Of a stretch of 64,000 nt of DNA, positions 1 to 11,572 are shown one piece after another. The stretch's first letter is position 1; each line of letters opens with the position of its first letter. Both the position numbers and the translations under genes were made by a program. The notes beneath the pieces were generated by a model. It worked only from the letters and a program-made list of their open reading frames with translations. It made no database searches and was not told the origin of the DNA. The stretch comes from Octopus sinensis (lineage: Eukaryota): assembly GCF_006345805.1 (NCBI RefSeq), contig NC_042998.1, positions 140,430,001 through 140,494,000 of the forward strand, given 5' to 3'.

Positions 1-192
1 TTTGTTTGTTCTCCTCATCGCTTGACAACCGGTGTTGATTCGTTTATTTCCTCGTAACTTAACAGTTCGGCCTAAGTGTCTGATAGAATAAGCACTCGAT
101 TTAAAAACATGTACTTTGGTCTTTTTATTCGACAAAACCTTTCAATGTGGTGCCCCAGCGTGGCCGCAATCCAATGACGGAAACAGAAGATA
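1..192 (+). mobile_element. tRNA-derived SINE family A, 3' part (cut by window edge)
   Basis: catcgcttgacaaccgg...gatagaataag...ccagcgtggccgcaatccaatgacggaaacag matches the 3' half of the family-A copies at 27146-27541 and 32056-32462. Confidence 0.6.
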
Positions 193-371
193 AATTGAAT
201 CTGTAAATACGATGTTAATAGGCCGAACAATTACAATCTTATTGACAAGCTATCGTGTCAGATATAAATAGAAAACATTCATATGGTTTATGAAGCGACG
301 AGAGACTTTTCAGCTGTAACCCAACACCATCACAGAGATGCACCAGAAGATACGCCGTCTCCCCTTGCTTA

Positions 372-858
372 TTACACTGTGCCACACGATTTTTGTCCTT
401 GGGTAGTAACTGTTATTTCCTATTTGCTTAGCCCTAGAAAGTATAGAAAATGGTTAATGTTTTCTTCAAACCTTGCTTTTCTCACATTTATTCAAATCCC
501 AAATAATCCTTCATCAATACATGGTTAGGATGCTGCTCCACTACTCCTGCTCATGATCAGATATAAAGATATTGTCAGCCACTAAGGGACATGCTCAAGT
601 GGTTAAGGTCAAGCAATTGACAAGTAAATCTGTGGTATTGAGCAGAATATTTGCTATAGCGATATTTCTGGTTCAGTAACACAGCGCTGAATGTCTGAAA
701 TGTAATTGAAAATAAATCAGTTTGAAAACATTGAGATCCAGGTCACAAAAGCAAAGTTTGAAGGGAACAGTAATCGTTTCCTTTGATTTCTAGATAGAAG
801 CAAATAAGAAATAACACTGACCAGAGAAAAAAATAATAATGTTGTTACACAATGTTAT
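372..858 (+). mobile_element. MITE-like element, family X copy 1 (long imperfect TIRs)
   Basis: Ends ttacactgt..ggtagtaactgttatttcctatttgct and agaagcaaataagaaataacactgacc..tgttacacaatgttat are inverted repeats; homologous to 33201-33830 and 50241-50710. Confidence 0.6.
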
Positions 859-981
859 TAATGAATGGCTGAGTCGTTGTTATTTAAAGCAAGGTTGCCT
901 GCCTCGCGCTCAATCCATTCTCTTGCCTCAACACAGTCCTAGGACTGCCTATGTTGGATATCAACCCAAAATTTCGAAGCT

Positions 982-1014
<33 letters not shown>

Positions 1015-1164
1015 TCTGTAACCGTGAGTAAAGTTACGGCTACGAGACTGTCAGCCATTCCAGGTACTGGTCGTCGGAGCCAGCTGGACTGAAATTCCTG
1101 AAAAGCAGGCCAAGGCCTCCATGTCCTGTAGCAATGACGTCACCTTCTTATCTTTCATTTTTTA

Positions 1165-1655
1165 AAAACTTTTTTTAGTCATTGGACTGTGCCCATGCTG
1201 GTGCACCGTCTTAAAAGGATTTTTAGACGAACAAATCGACCAGTATTTATTTCTTAATGTCTGATACTTATTCTAGCAGTCTTCTTTGACGAACCGTTAA
1301 GTTACGGGGACGTAAACAATCCAATACAGGTTGTGAAGTGTTGAGAGGAACAAACACATATACACTCATACATATATATATACACACACACACACACGCT
1401 CACACACACACACACACACACATATACATACATATATGTATATATATGTATATACTTATATCTATGTATATAAGTATATGTATGGATATAAATATATATA
1501 TATATGCAAACACACATGCTGGGTTTCCACACAGTTTCCGTCTACCAAGTTCCATCACAAGGCTTTGGTCGGCCTGGGGCTATAGTAGAAAACACTTGCC
1601 CAGGTGCATTACGGTGGGACTGACTCCGAGACGACATATTTGCAAAGAGATTGTA
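1165..1655 (-). mobile_element. SINE family A with internal (CA/TA)n
   Basis: Reverse complement of family-A head (cagtttccgtctacc..aaggctttggtcggcc..gctatagtagaaaacacttgccc) and tail (gtcattggactgtgcccatgctggtgcacc). Confidence 0.7.
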
Positions 1656-1796
1656 AACCATTATTTATTTATATTAGAACTTCAAGATATACCAAAGAAA
1701 AATTCTCCATTCGTTCTCTCCCGCAAACAGGCAGTGAGAAGAGATGAAGGATAAAAACTCGAGTCAAAAAATCTGAATTCAAAGTAAAAAGATCTA

Positions 1797-2330
1797 CACA
1801 GACATGCAGGAAGTAAATTGACAACTTTAGTTTTCAAAATTTCTTATCTTAGCGTCTTAATATGTTTTCAACTGTGTAGAATTTACAATTCTTTTTCATT
1901 CCAGGTGCCATTATATTAAACATTTGCGAAGAGTTACTATGCCACGCACAAAAAATTCAGCACAATTGTCAGATTTTCAAAGAGGTCGTATTGTTGGGCA
2001 ATCTGAGGATGGCTTTAGCCAGCTAAAAATTGCCGAAAATCTTCAAATTCCTCTTACTACTGTTAATAGAATTATAATGCAATTCAAAGGCCAAGGAAAA
2101 GAATCAACAGATTCTCGTCCCGACCGACTTGGGCCCTCGGAAAGGAAGCTGCGCTATTTGAAGAGAATTGTGGAAAACGAACCCCGTTTGAAGGCTTCTG
2201 ACATTGCAAAACAGCTAGAAGTTAGTCCAAGAACGTGTGTTGCATATTTGCATAAGCTTGGACTAGAAGCTAGAAGAAAACCTCTCCTGCAACCAATTAA
2301 TATCAAATAAAAGATTTTGAAAATTAAAGG
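1797..2330 (+). mobile_element. Tc1-like DNA transposon 5' remnant
   Basis: Contains N-terminal Tc1 transposase HTH ORF; broken by (CT)n at about 2370-2510; left boundary approximate. Confidence 0.7.
1939..2310 (+). pseudogene. Truncated Tc1 transposase (paired-like HTH region only)
   Basis: [20 protein letters not shown]...[16 protein letters not shown]...ARRKPLL, typical Tc1 N-terminus; stops before the DDE domain. Confidence 0.8.
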
Positions 2331-2367
2331 TGTCTATTTACTTCCTGTATGTGTGTGTAGTTTCAGA

Positions 2368-2426
<59 letters not shown>

Positions 2427-2427
2427 A

Positions 2428-2460
<33 letters not shown>

Positions 2461-3294
2461 CTCTCCATTTAGCTCTCTCCTCTCTCTTTCTCTCTCTCTC
2501 ACTCACACACACAGTTTGATTAACCACGAAACAAAATAAGTGCGTGCTCAGGGCTTCAAGGGAAGATGGGCACCACAGAAATGGCAAATTGTTTATGGTA
2601 CAAAAGAAATCACTTTAAACCTGCAAAAGTTTTATTCGGCTTGCCTTTTCTCTACTAAGTATAGAATCAGATGTGTTATGTAAGATTAATTTTGAGGGTC
2701 TGATGAAAGACTCAGCAATGAAAAAACTTTTCAAATATAGCGGTGGGTGGGGCAGAATAAGTGATATTTACTGCACTTTTCATTTTGAGAAAAAAATTGT
2801 TTTTAACAAATGTTCTCTACTTTACAAAAACTGTATCAGCGAAGATAATGCACCTCTCTAAATGCATTAAAAAAAAAGAGGCCAAATTTAGATGGGGCAA
2901 AATGAGTAAGGCAAAATAATTTAAATTTGATTTTTTTAGAATTATATTTGAAAACCAGAAAACTCATGCACATCAATATCCATCTTCGAATATCAGAAAG
3001 ATTAGAAATGCAACAAAATTTTTTTAAAAACTTGAGCTAATCGAAGAGGATCATGAAAAAGTAACACATGATTTGAAATTAACGAAATTCAATTAAATTT
3101 AAAACTGAACATAGAATATTTCTATATTTTCTTCATGAGCTACTAAGGTGACTCTCTTCCTGGTATATTTACATACCACGCAGTTAAAGAGAAGAAATTA
3201 TTGAAAATTAATCATTGCTTATGTTGCTTCACTTTAAAGATCAAGGATAGCAGAAAAGAAAAAAAAAAACACCTACAAACCAATTTGACTATTT

Positions 3295-3690
3295 TGAGGC
3301 TGGTGGGTCAAAAGAACATTGGTGGCACTTAAAAATTAAATCAGCCACCAAGTTAAAATACAACCAACCAGATGTAGTTGCATGAAATTAGAAGCAAAAG
3401 GTATGTTCTGCTTTGGTAAATCAGCTGCCCTCTGGACACCAATGTGGTTAAAAAAACACGCTAGAGAAAGTGGACATCTATGGACCATTGATAAGAAGTC
3501 TGCAAATCCAGTACCCAGTTTCATACCTATTATCACTGGAGCAGTTGGATAAATACCAATCCATCTGGAGCGAAGTATGTCTGAACTTGGAATCTTAGAG
3601 AGAGAATGCTACTCCTTAATTCATAAGCTACAAATGATCACGATATCCGGGACTATAAAAATCTGCAAGACCTTAATATTTAAGGGATGG
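3295..3690 (+). mobile_element. RLE-type (R4/NeSL-like) non-LTR retrotransposon 3' coding fragment
   Basis: Manual translation with frameshift/stops: EHWWHLKIKSATKLKYNQPDVV...SCPLDTNVVKK...YGPLIRSLQIQYP.FIPIITGAVG*IP...LQMITISGTIKICKTL, restriction-like endonuclease C-terminus. Confidence 0.65.
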
Positions 3691-3917
3691 TGGTTAAAAC
3701 ACGATACTTTCCTTCACAAGTAAGTGGCCGGTCAAAATTTACTCTGAATTAAAAAGAGAAAGTAGACACACACTCACACGCGCGCGTACACACACACACA
3801 ACACGCCCGCACATACATACATACATACATACATAACATACACACACACATATATACACACATACATACATACATACATGCATACATACATACATACATA
3901 CATACATACATACATTA

Positions 3918-4219
3918 AAAGGCTCTCCCGTCGTTAGACGATTTATGAGAGTTCGGCAATTTCTTGCCGAACAACCACACAGATGATTTGTTTATAGTGA
4001 TCAAATGTTTGTGTTCGCATAAGCTCACTCCCTCCCTCAAATCGACATTGTCTGTACAGGTGCACCGTATACCACATGTCAGAAGAGGAAATGATCGCAG
4101 AACAACGTGAAATTAAGTGTTTTGCTCAAGAACACAACGCAACGCCCGAACTGGGAATCGAAACCACGATCTCGCAGTCGTGAATGCAACACCCTAACCA
4201 CTAAGCTATGTGCCTTCAC
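3918..4219 (-). mobile_element. tRNA-derived SINE family C
   Basis: Minus strand begins gtgaaggcacatagcttagtggttagggtg...ggtttcgattccc (Pol III A and B boxes) then cgttgtgttcttgagcaaaacactt. Confidence 0.65.
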
Positions 4220-4439
4220 ATATACATACATACATGCATGCATACATACATACATACATACATACAATGCATACATACATACATACATGCATGCATGCAT
4301 ACATACATACATACATACATACATACATACATACATACATACATACATACATACATACATACATACACACACATATGTCATCCCCACACGTTTCAAGTGT
4401 GATAACGAGTTGAATTACTATTGCCTTGCAAAATATACG

Positions 4440-4925
4440 AAACCCGATGTACCCAACATGAGTACCCGTCTGGTAAGGGCACACCAAGCTCATGCCTCAC
4501 AACCATATGTGCACGACATGGTGATCTCATATCAAGATAAACAGTGCACATAACCTTGCAGGTGGGACCCAGTTAGAATTTTTTTCAGGTCGAGTAGCCA
4601 TCCAGCTCAAAAGGTCCTTGAATAAAGGTTGTTCAAGGATGTTGAACGAAACACCCATGTTTCCAGTGGCGAATTATTCAAACCCAAAGAATTCCTCTCA
4701 ACACATGATGCTGCCCCACTACTTCTGCTCGTGATCAGAGATGCACATATCGTCAGCCACTAAAGGACATGCTCAACTGGCTATGGTCAAACAACTGACA
4801 AGTAAATCTGTGGTATTGAGCAGAATATTTGTTGTATTCCATCTTTTATACCAAGACAAACCAATGTACATGATAATACTTCCAATCAGTTAAGATCAGA
4901 AACCATGAGAGCCAGTGCCAGGAAC
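4440..4925 (+). repeat. Unclassified interspersed repeat sharing a ~160-nt module with MITE family X
   Basis: 4675-4832 aligns with 488-655 and the reverse complement of about 33540-33720. Confidence 0.45.
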
Positions 4926-4941
4926 TGCATCCAATTGCTAT

Positions 4942-5485
4942 CGTGAAGATCGCACCGCTGCCTTCCTTTAACCGAGAAGGAAAGGCTGTTTTTATATGCC
5001 TGGTGGCCTTGGCGAAAGAGATTGCATGGTGGACGATATTGAAGTGGTTGAAGACAAACGCTTTTCATGTTGACCAATCACTGAAACTCTTCAAGTTTCA
5101 CTTGAAAGGAAAATAAAGGTAGAGAGGGAAGTGTTGTCTTCTAGCCAGTTTGCCGAAAGGGGGATGAAAGTGGCGAGAATGGTGCAGGGGAACGGGCCTG
5201 CCCTGAGCATACGCCTGTATTTGGAAAAGTCAGGGTATCAATAGCTTTTTATGGGGCTTTTCCATGAGCAGCCCTCGAACGTCTTCTCTCTATTGAGGAT
5301 TACACATTGTTGATTTCTTTCTTTTTTCTTTTTCTTTTTTTAAAAAAATTTGCTAGTTTTGTTTAAACGCAAAACTCTCACAACAACACACACTCACGCA
5401 CAAACACACAAACATTCTTTGCTTTGTCTTGTACTGTCCGTAATGTTTTTCTTAATGTAAACCCTTGTGGTTAATAAAGAAATCG

Positions 5486-5490
<5 letters not shown>
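4942..5490 (+). mobile_element. L1/Tx1-like LINE 3' end fragment
   Basis: VKIAPLPSFNREGKAVFICLVALAKEIAWWT...RKIKVEREVLSSSQFAERGMKVARMV resembles Tx1-type ORF2 C-terminus; followed by AATAAA and (ATT)n tail. Confidence 0.55.
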
Positions 5491-5547
<57 letters not shown>

Positions 5548-5589
5548 TATTATTATTATTAATTTTTAATTATTTTCTCTTTATCACAG

Positions 5590-5648
5590 GTTTTGTTGGA
5601 GCTCGTGGAATCTTGCATGTGTAGCGGGGTTACTACCTGCATCCTACG
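5590..5648 (+). CDS. Candidate host-gene exon A (59 nt)
   Basis: Acceptor tattttctctttatcacag; weak donor gtacca; reads FCWSSWNLACVAGLLPASY in frame with exon B. Confidence 0.3.
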
Positions 5649-5689
5649 GTACCATGCTATTGGGGTTTTTTTTCTCAGTTAGCTTATAC

Positions 5690-5692
5690 TTT

Positions 5693-5762
<70 letters not shown>

Positions 5763-5859
5763 CATCATGATCATCATCATGATCATCATCATCATGATCA
5801 TCATCATGATCATGATCATCATCATCATCACCATCAACATCATCATTATTATTATTTAA
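5690..5859. repeat. (ATT)n/(ATC)n microsatellite abutting the R4/Dong 3' end
   Basis: Direct reading. Confidence 0.95.
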
Positions 5860-7925
5860 CATTTGATAGTTTCGGGCAATTTTCTACAGCCTGACCAGCT
5901 ATACCTCCGTGTTGTTGGGGTATGTGCAGCATTGTGTGTTTTTTCTGTCGTTGAGAGTGTGCAAACTCTTCCCGGTATTGTATTGTGTCAGTTTTTTTTC
6001 TCTTGAGGTATGGTGCAGTCTTTTGTTGTATTACTGCTTGCATTTGTGTGTTGAGTATGTAATGCGTTGGTTATCTAGCTTACTGGTGGAAGCTTATTTC
6101 ACTGGATAATTGCTGTATAGAGTGTGTCTTGTGTTTGTGGGTTGCTTTGATTAGATTGTATTATTGAATTGATAATGCCTTGTGTAGGGTGTGGGTTGTT
6201 GCTAACAGAGCTATTTTTTGGATAGCGTGTAGTGTTGAAGATTCAGGTATAGCTTCTACGTTTTTGTTCATGTTTTTTTTTATCATGCCAGATGCCCCAA
6301 TTATTATTGGTATTGTTTTCATCTTCATGCCCCACATCTTGAATACTTCAATTTCGAGGTCTCTGTATTATGACAATTTCTCCACTTGTTTTCAGACAAT
6401 ATTTTGATAAGGGACTGCAATGTCTAGCAGTAAGCAGGTATTTTCCCCAATCCTTGATTATTATGTCTGGGGGATTAGCTTTTCTTCCTTTACCGGTTTA
6501 AACCGGCATATCCCAAATGATTGTGGCCTGGACGTTGTCATGTACTTTGTTTTGCAAATGTTTATACTGCCTTTTGTCAGTTTTAATGTTGTAGTGTTGG
6601 CATATTGTCCAGTGGATATAACTACTTACTTGGTCATGCCTGTATATATATTCAGATTTGGCAAGGACTGGGCAGCCGGAGATGATGTGGTCAACTGTCT
6701 CATTGTACTGGTTGGTATTTGATGTTAGGGCCTGTTTGCATTATTTTGCTTTTATAATTGTTTGTGGTCAAGCATTGGCCTTGTACAGCGAGAATAAGCC
6801 CTTCCGTTTCAGCTTTTAGTCAAGAGCTTTTGCGCCATCGTTGGCTTTTGCTTAGGCCCACTTCCTCTCTGTCAAGCCTTGTAGGATATCGGCCATGGAA
6901 TGGTTTTTCTCATTTCTTCTTTAGTATGTTATGTAGTTATGTTATCAAGTTTATTTCTCTTTTTCACCATTTCTGCTGTGTTGTTATCTGAGACCAGTGT
7001 AGTTTGTTTCTGTTTTGTATTTTATTTCCTCCTTGTGTATAGAGAAAAGCGTTTTCTCTCCTTTGTGTTGCTTCATTACATGTTGTAGTTTTCCATTTTT
7101 GCTTCTAAGTACTTTCCTAGGTCAACTGTTGTTATTTCATAATAGTTCTCTATCTGTGTCGGGTCGCGACCCCCTTCTGAGAGGCGCAGATATATTCTGT
7201 CTGAGTCTGCTTTGGGGAGGTTACTTCGGTATGTTGTTTATAGTTTTCTAAGTTTCTTAAAACCCTGATCTTCTAATTTATTATGTTGAAGCTGTAACTT
7301 ATGACTGGTATGGCTAGCGTTTTTATCCACAGTATCATATTTTTAGCAGTGAGTTCAGTGTTTAATATTAGTCTCTTTTGTGATATTCTCTCCTAATTTT
7401 CTCTTTCATTTTTGTGTGTTGTATTTTAGCTATTTCGTCTAGTCCTAGATATTTGTATGGGTGATTATTTGAATTCCGTGTCTATTTTGAGTGCAGTGTT
7501 TTCAGGGCTGATTAATTTGCCTCTTCCGTGTCAATTTGACATATTTGTCCAGCCCCATGCACATCCTGATGTCCTTGCTGAAGCTATGGAAAATTTTTAG
7601 AAGGTTTTTCTCTTCCGTGGTATTTTTAGTGAAAACTTTGAAGTCATTCATGTATAGGAGATGGTTTATTGTATGTCCATAGCATCTGTAACCCTCAGTG
7701 GTTTCATTTAAGAGGTTTATTAGTGGGTTCACAGCAAGGCAGAAAAGCAGGGGTGATAGCGAGTTTCCTTGGAAAATTCCTATTTTTATGAGTTTAGGGC
7801 CAGTTTGACTTGTGATTCATTTTTTTCAGTGTTAGAGTGGTTTTCCAATTTGCCATTGCGTGGTTGATACATTTTAGTAGTGTTGGGGTTACTTTGTGTG
7901 GAGAGATTCTAGTAGCCATTAGTGC
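5860..7925 (-). mobile_element. R4/Dong-clade non-LTR retrotransposon, 5'-truncated, degenerate
   Basis: Minus-strand motifs GIFQGNSLSPLLF, NHLLYMNDFKVF, LKAETEGLILA, ETVDHIISGCPVLAKSEYIYRHD (zinc knuckle), ANPPDIII (RLE nuclease); 3' end runs into (TAA)n. Confidence 0.85.
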
Positions 7926-8079
7926 GGATAATACGTTGACAGCAGCGAATAAGTAAAAGGCAGAAATAAACGCAGTATTTTTGACGGGTACAACACTAGT
8001 GATTGTTACAGGGATGATAAGCTAATAGAGAAGTAAAGCGGATGACGAAGAGAGCACTGGGTATGGATGATGGTAATGA

Positions 8080-8159
8080 TGATAATGTTATTACTGCTGT
8101 TGTTGTTCTGGTTGTTGTTGTTGTTAATACTGCAAGTGCTGCTGCTCTTGTTGTTGTTG

Positions 8160-8191
<32 letters not shown>

Positions 8192-8599
8192 GGCGATGGT
8201 GGCGGCGGCGGTCATATTTGTAGTTTGGCAGTAGCGGTGAATTTTGCATTTCTCACGGGGGTACAAAGACGAAAGAAGAGAAGGAAGAGAAAGAGAGGGA
8301 AAAATAAGTAGGAAAAAGGAGTAGGAGTAGGATGAAGAAGATGAGGAGGAGAAAAAGTAAAAACAAGAAACGAAATGAAGAAGAAGAAGATGATGAAGAA
8401 GAAGAAGAAGAAGAAGAAGAAGAGAAGAAGAAGAAGAAGATGATGAAGAAGAAGAAGAAGAAGAAGAAGAAGAAGAAGAAAAAGAAAGATTATGTTGACA
8501 ATTAAAAAATGTATGATGATGATGATGATAATGATAATGATGATAATGATGATGATAATGATAATGATGATAATGATGATGATAATGATAATGATGATA

Positions 8600-8632
<33 letters not shown>

Positions 8633-9400
8633 GCGACGATGACGACGATGATTCGACAGTCGGTACTGTCATCTTATATGAAAGGTTGCCATTAGCAACA
8701 GGCTTTTATGAATTTATAAATAATAAAGTCTTTGTAGTTTCGATTTCAAAAACTGTCGAACACTGAATGACCTCCACTACACAACTGCTGCGGCAGTACT
8801 GAAGATGGTGATGATGGCGATGGTTGAAGCTGGTGATGGCACAGACGGGGATGGAGGTAGGGAGTGTTGGCAATGTGGTGGCGATGGGGATGTAGATAAT
8901 GATAACGGCCTTGGCGGTGATGGCGAGGATGGCGGTGATTGTACTCATTCTACTGATGGGAGGGCTGGTGGTGATGTAGGAGCGGTTGGAGATAATGTTA
9001 TTGATAGTACAGTCTTTGGTGATGGTGGTGGTGAAGATGGTGGCGTGGTATCGATGATGTACTGAACGCACTTAATATCATCATTGTAATGACGACGGTG
9101 GTGGTGGCGTTAGTGATGGTAATGGTGGTGGTAGATGCAAAGGTATTGATGGCGTTCTTGGTTTTGGTAATCTTTGCAATGTCGTGGTAGTAGTGATGTT
9201 GTCATCGGCAGTGATGGTCATGGTGATGGTAATGATCGCGACGGTGCTGTTGTCGGCGATGGTTGGCAATAATAGTAGTGGTGGAGGTGGTGGGGAATAA
9301 TGGGGGTGGTGGTTATGGGGATGATGGTGATGATGGTGATGGTGGTGGTGGTGGTGATGGTGGTTTTGGAGTAGTTATGTTGACAGGTGACGGTGATGAT
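8080..9400. repeat. Mosaic trinucleotide/low-complexity tract (GTT, GAA, GAT, GGT)
   Basis: Direct reading. Confidence 0.9.
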
Positions 9401-9517
9401 AATGACTCCTTCGATCCAGGGTACATCCTTAACTCCTGAACGGAGGTCTTCGGACCGAGCTTCTATTTCAGGAAATTCCTGCTGGCTTATTGGAGCCCAC
9501 AAGATGGCGGGGTCACT

Positions 9518-9626
9518 GGCGATTGATAGCCAAAAGGAGACAATCCACTTTGTTGACATTGAGTAGGAGGGTCCTTTCCTCCTCCATATAATAGAGAGGC
9601 CAGTCGCTGGAGAGATTTAAGCCAAC
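9518..9626 (+). ncRNA. Tentative HDV-like ribozyme fold in a probable retroelement 5' remnant
   Basis: P1 ggcgattg (9518-25)/cagtcgct (9601-08) with terminal G-U followed by GG; P2 gttgac/gccaac; canonical P3/L3 and catalytic C not cleanly present. Confidence 0.3.
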
Positions 9627-9775
9627 AGGTTTTGGGATCGGAAGATACGCCATAAAGCTAAACCCTCTATGGACGTGAAACCTAAGGTAATCCCATAAAC
9701 TGGCCTTACCTAACTTTAATATATACTGCTCTATAACTTAGAGTGTGCTTTTTTTTCGGATTATGTTTTTACAGA

Positions 9776-9824
<49 letters not shown>

Positions 9825-9905
9825 TTTGTGTGTGTTTGTTTGTGTGTGTAGCTACACGTGTGCCGTTGGTGATTTATTTTCCTTCTTTGGATTCATACCT
9901 TTATC

Positions 9906-9940
9906 TTTTCCGACGAAGAGCTATGCTCGAAACGTCAAAC
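9906..9940 (+). ncRNA. Minimal hammerhead-like motif (Penelope-type)
   Basis: CCGACGA-A-GAGC tat GCTC-GAAA-CG-TC; palindromic ACGT stem III; weak stem I; C at position U4. Confidence 0.45.
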
Positions 9941-10499
9941 TCCTTTCAGCGAGCGTCAAGCTAATACATTTTTAAAAATATAAATATCTCTATTTATAAT
10001 ACCCCTATAAATATAAATATCTCTTTCGATGGTTTATCAAATTGCGATAACACTGAATAAATTGTAATACCACTAACACTGAATAAAAATATTTATACAG
10101 ATTTTTACCTTTCCTGAAGTGTGTAAACATCTTTTAGGTGGACTCTGTATGTATGTGTGTGTGTGTGTATGTGTGCCTGCGCGTGTGAGTGTGCGTGAGT
10201 GTGCGTGAGTGTGAGTGCAAGCTGTCATATGGACAATTCTTTTAAAGTGTAGCAAAAGTGATTTGAGAGAAATTTCGCTGCTATTTCCAGAAGGTCGAAC
10301 GCCTGCAAGAGGCTCTTATGAGTGATTGTGGGGGTGATAGTATTGGTGGTGGTGATGGGGTAGTGGCGCTGGTAACTTTGGCAGTAGTAGTAGTGATGGT
10401 GGTGGTAGCAGTAAAATAATGCCTTTGGAAGAAATTAATAATTGCGATGATTATTTCTGGGTAGTGGTAGAAGTATTAATAATTAGGTGATGATGGAAG

Positions 10500-10502
10500 A
10501 TA

Positions 10503-10538
<36 letters not shown>

Positions 10539-10642
10539 GTAGTAGTAGTAGTAGCAGCAGCAGCAGCAGTGGTGGTGGTGTCAGCAGTGGCAGCAGTAGT
10601 ATTAACTGCAGCAGCAGCAGTAACAGCAGTAGTAGTAGCAGC

Positions 10643-10725
<83 letters not shown>

Positions 10726-10726
10726 C

Positions 10727-10783
<57 letters not shown>

Positions 10784-11020
10784 CATGGCAGCAGTAATAA
10801 CAATGGCGATAGAAAAAAATCTAGAAAAACAAAAAGCAAAACAAATCTGTTTGGGAGTTTGGAAGGCAAATTATTCGGCGGCCCCCAAGGGGAAATTTTC
10901 TATGAATACATTGAAATGGGATGAATGGGTGGTTGTTTGTTTGACTGGTTGGTTGGTTGGTTGGTTGGTTGGTTGGTTGGTTGTTGGGCGGGTGGTTGGG
11001 TGGTTGGGTGGTTGGTTGGT
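10500..11020. repeat. (AGT)n/(AGC)n then (GGTT)n microsatellites
   Basis: Direct reading. Confidence 0.95.
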
Positions 11021-11572
11021 TAGTTGGGTGTGTCACAGGTGAAGGATGAGAGGCCGACACAAGAGAATGAAGGTAGAGGAGAAGGGCGAGAGTTTTCCGA
11101 TTATTTTCGAATTATTTTTGACGCCTGAATTTAGAAGGCGCTAATTATGGAGAATGCCTGTTATTACGTCATTTGTACATCTTAGAGAATGGTAATTCCT
11201 TGATATTCCTCTCTGTTTTGTAGTTTTCTTTGAGCAATATCAGAAATATAGAATCTTAAGATCTTAGATATTAAGAATCGGCCGCTGCAATTTGTTTGTA
11301 GTTTCATACACATATTTGTGTGTGTTATTGTTTGTTTGTTTGTGCATGCGTGGGTGGGGGAGTGTGCTCGCGCGCGTGTTTGTGTCGGTTAAATGCGTGT
11401 ATATTATATATCATATTGCGTAATTATACACGTATATCTTCTATCTATTTATCTATCTATCTATATTGTTATATTAGACACACACACACATATAAGAAGC
11501 AAATAAGCTAGTTGAGAAAATCTCTATAAGGGATGAAGGCATTAACTATACTGGGAAGTAAGGTTTATCGCC

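Noticed and set aside
4130-4219. tRNA genes at A/B-box-containing segments (also about 27470-27541)
   Set aside because: No acceptor stem or cloverleaf; they continue into SINE bodies
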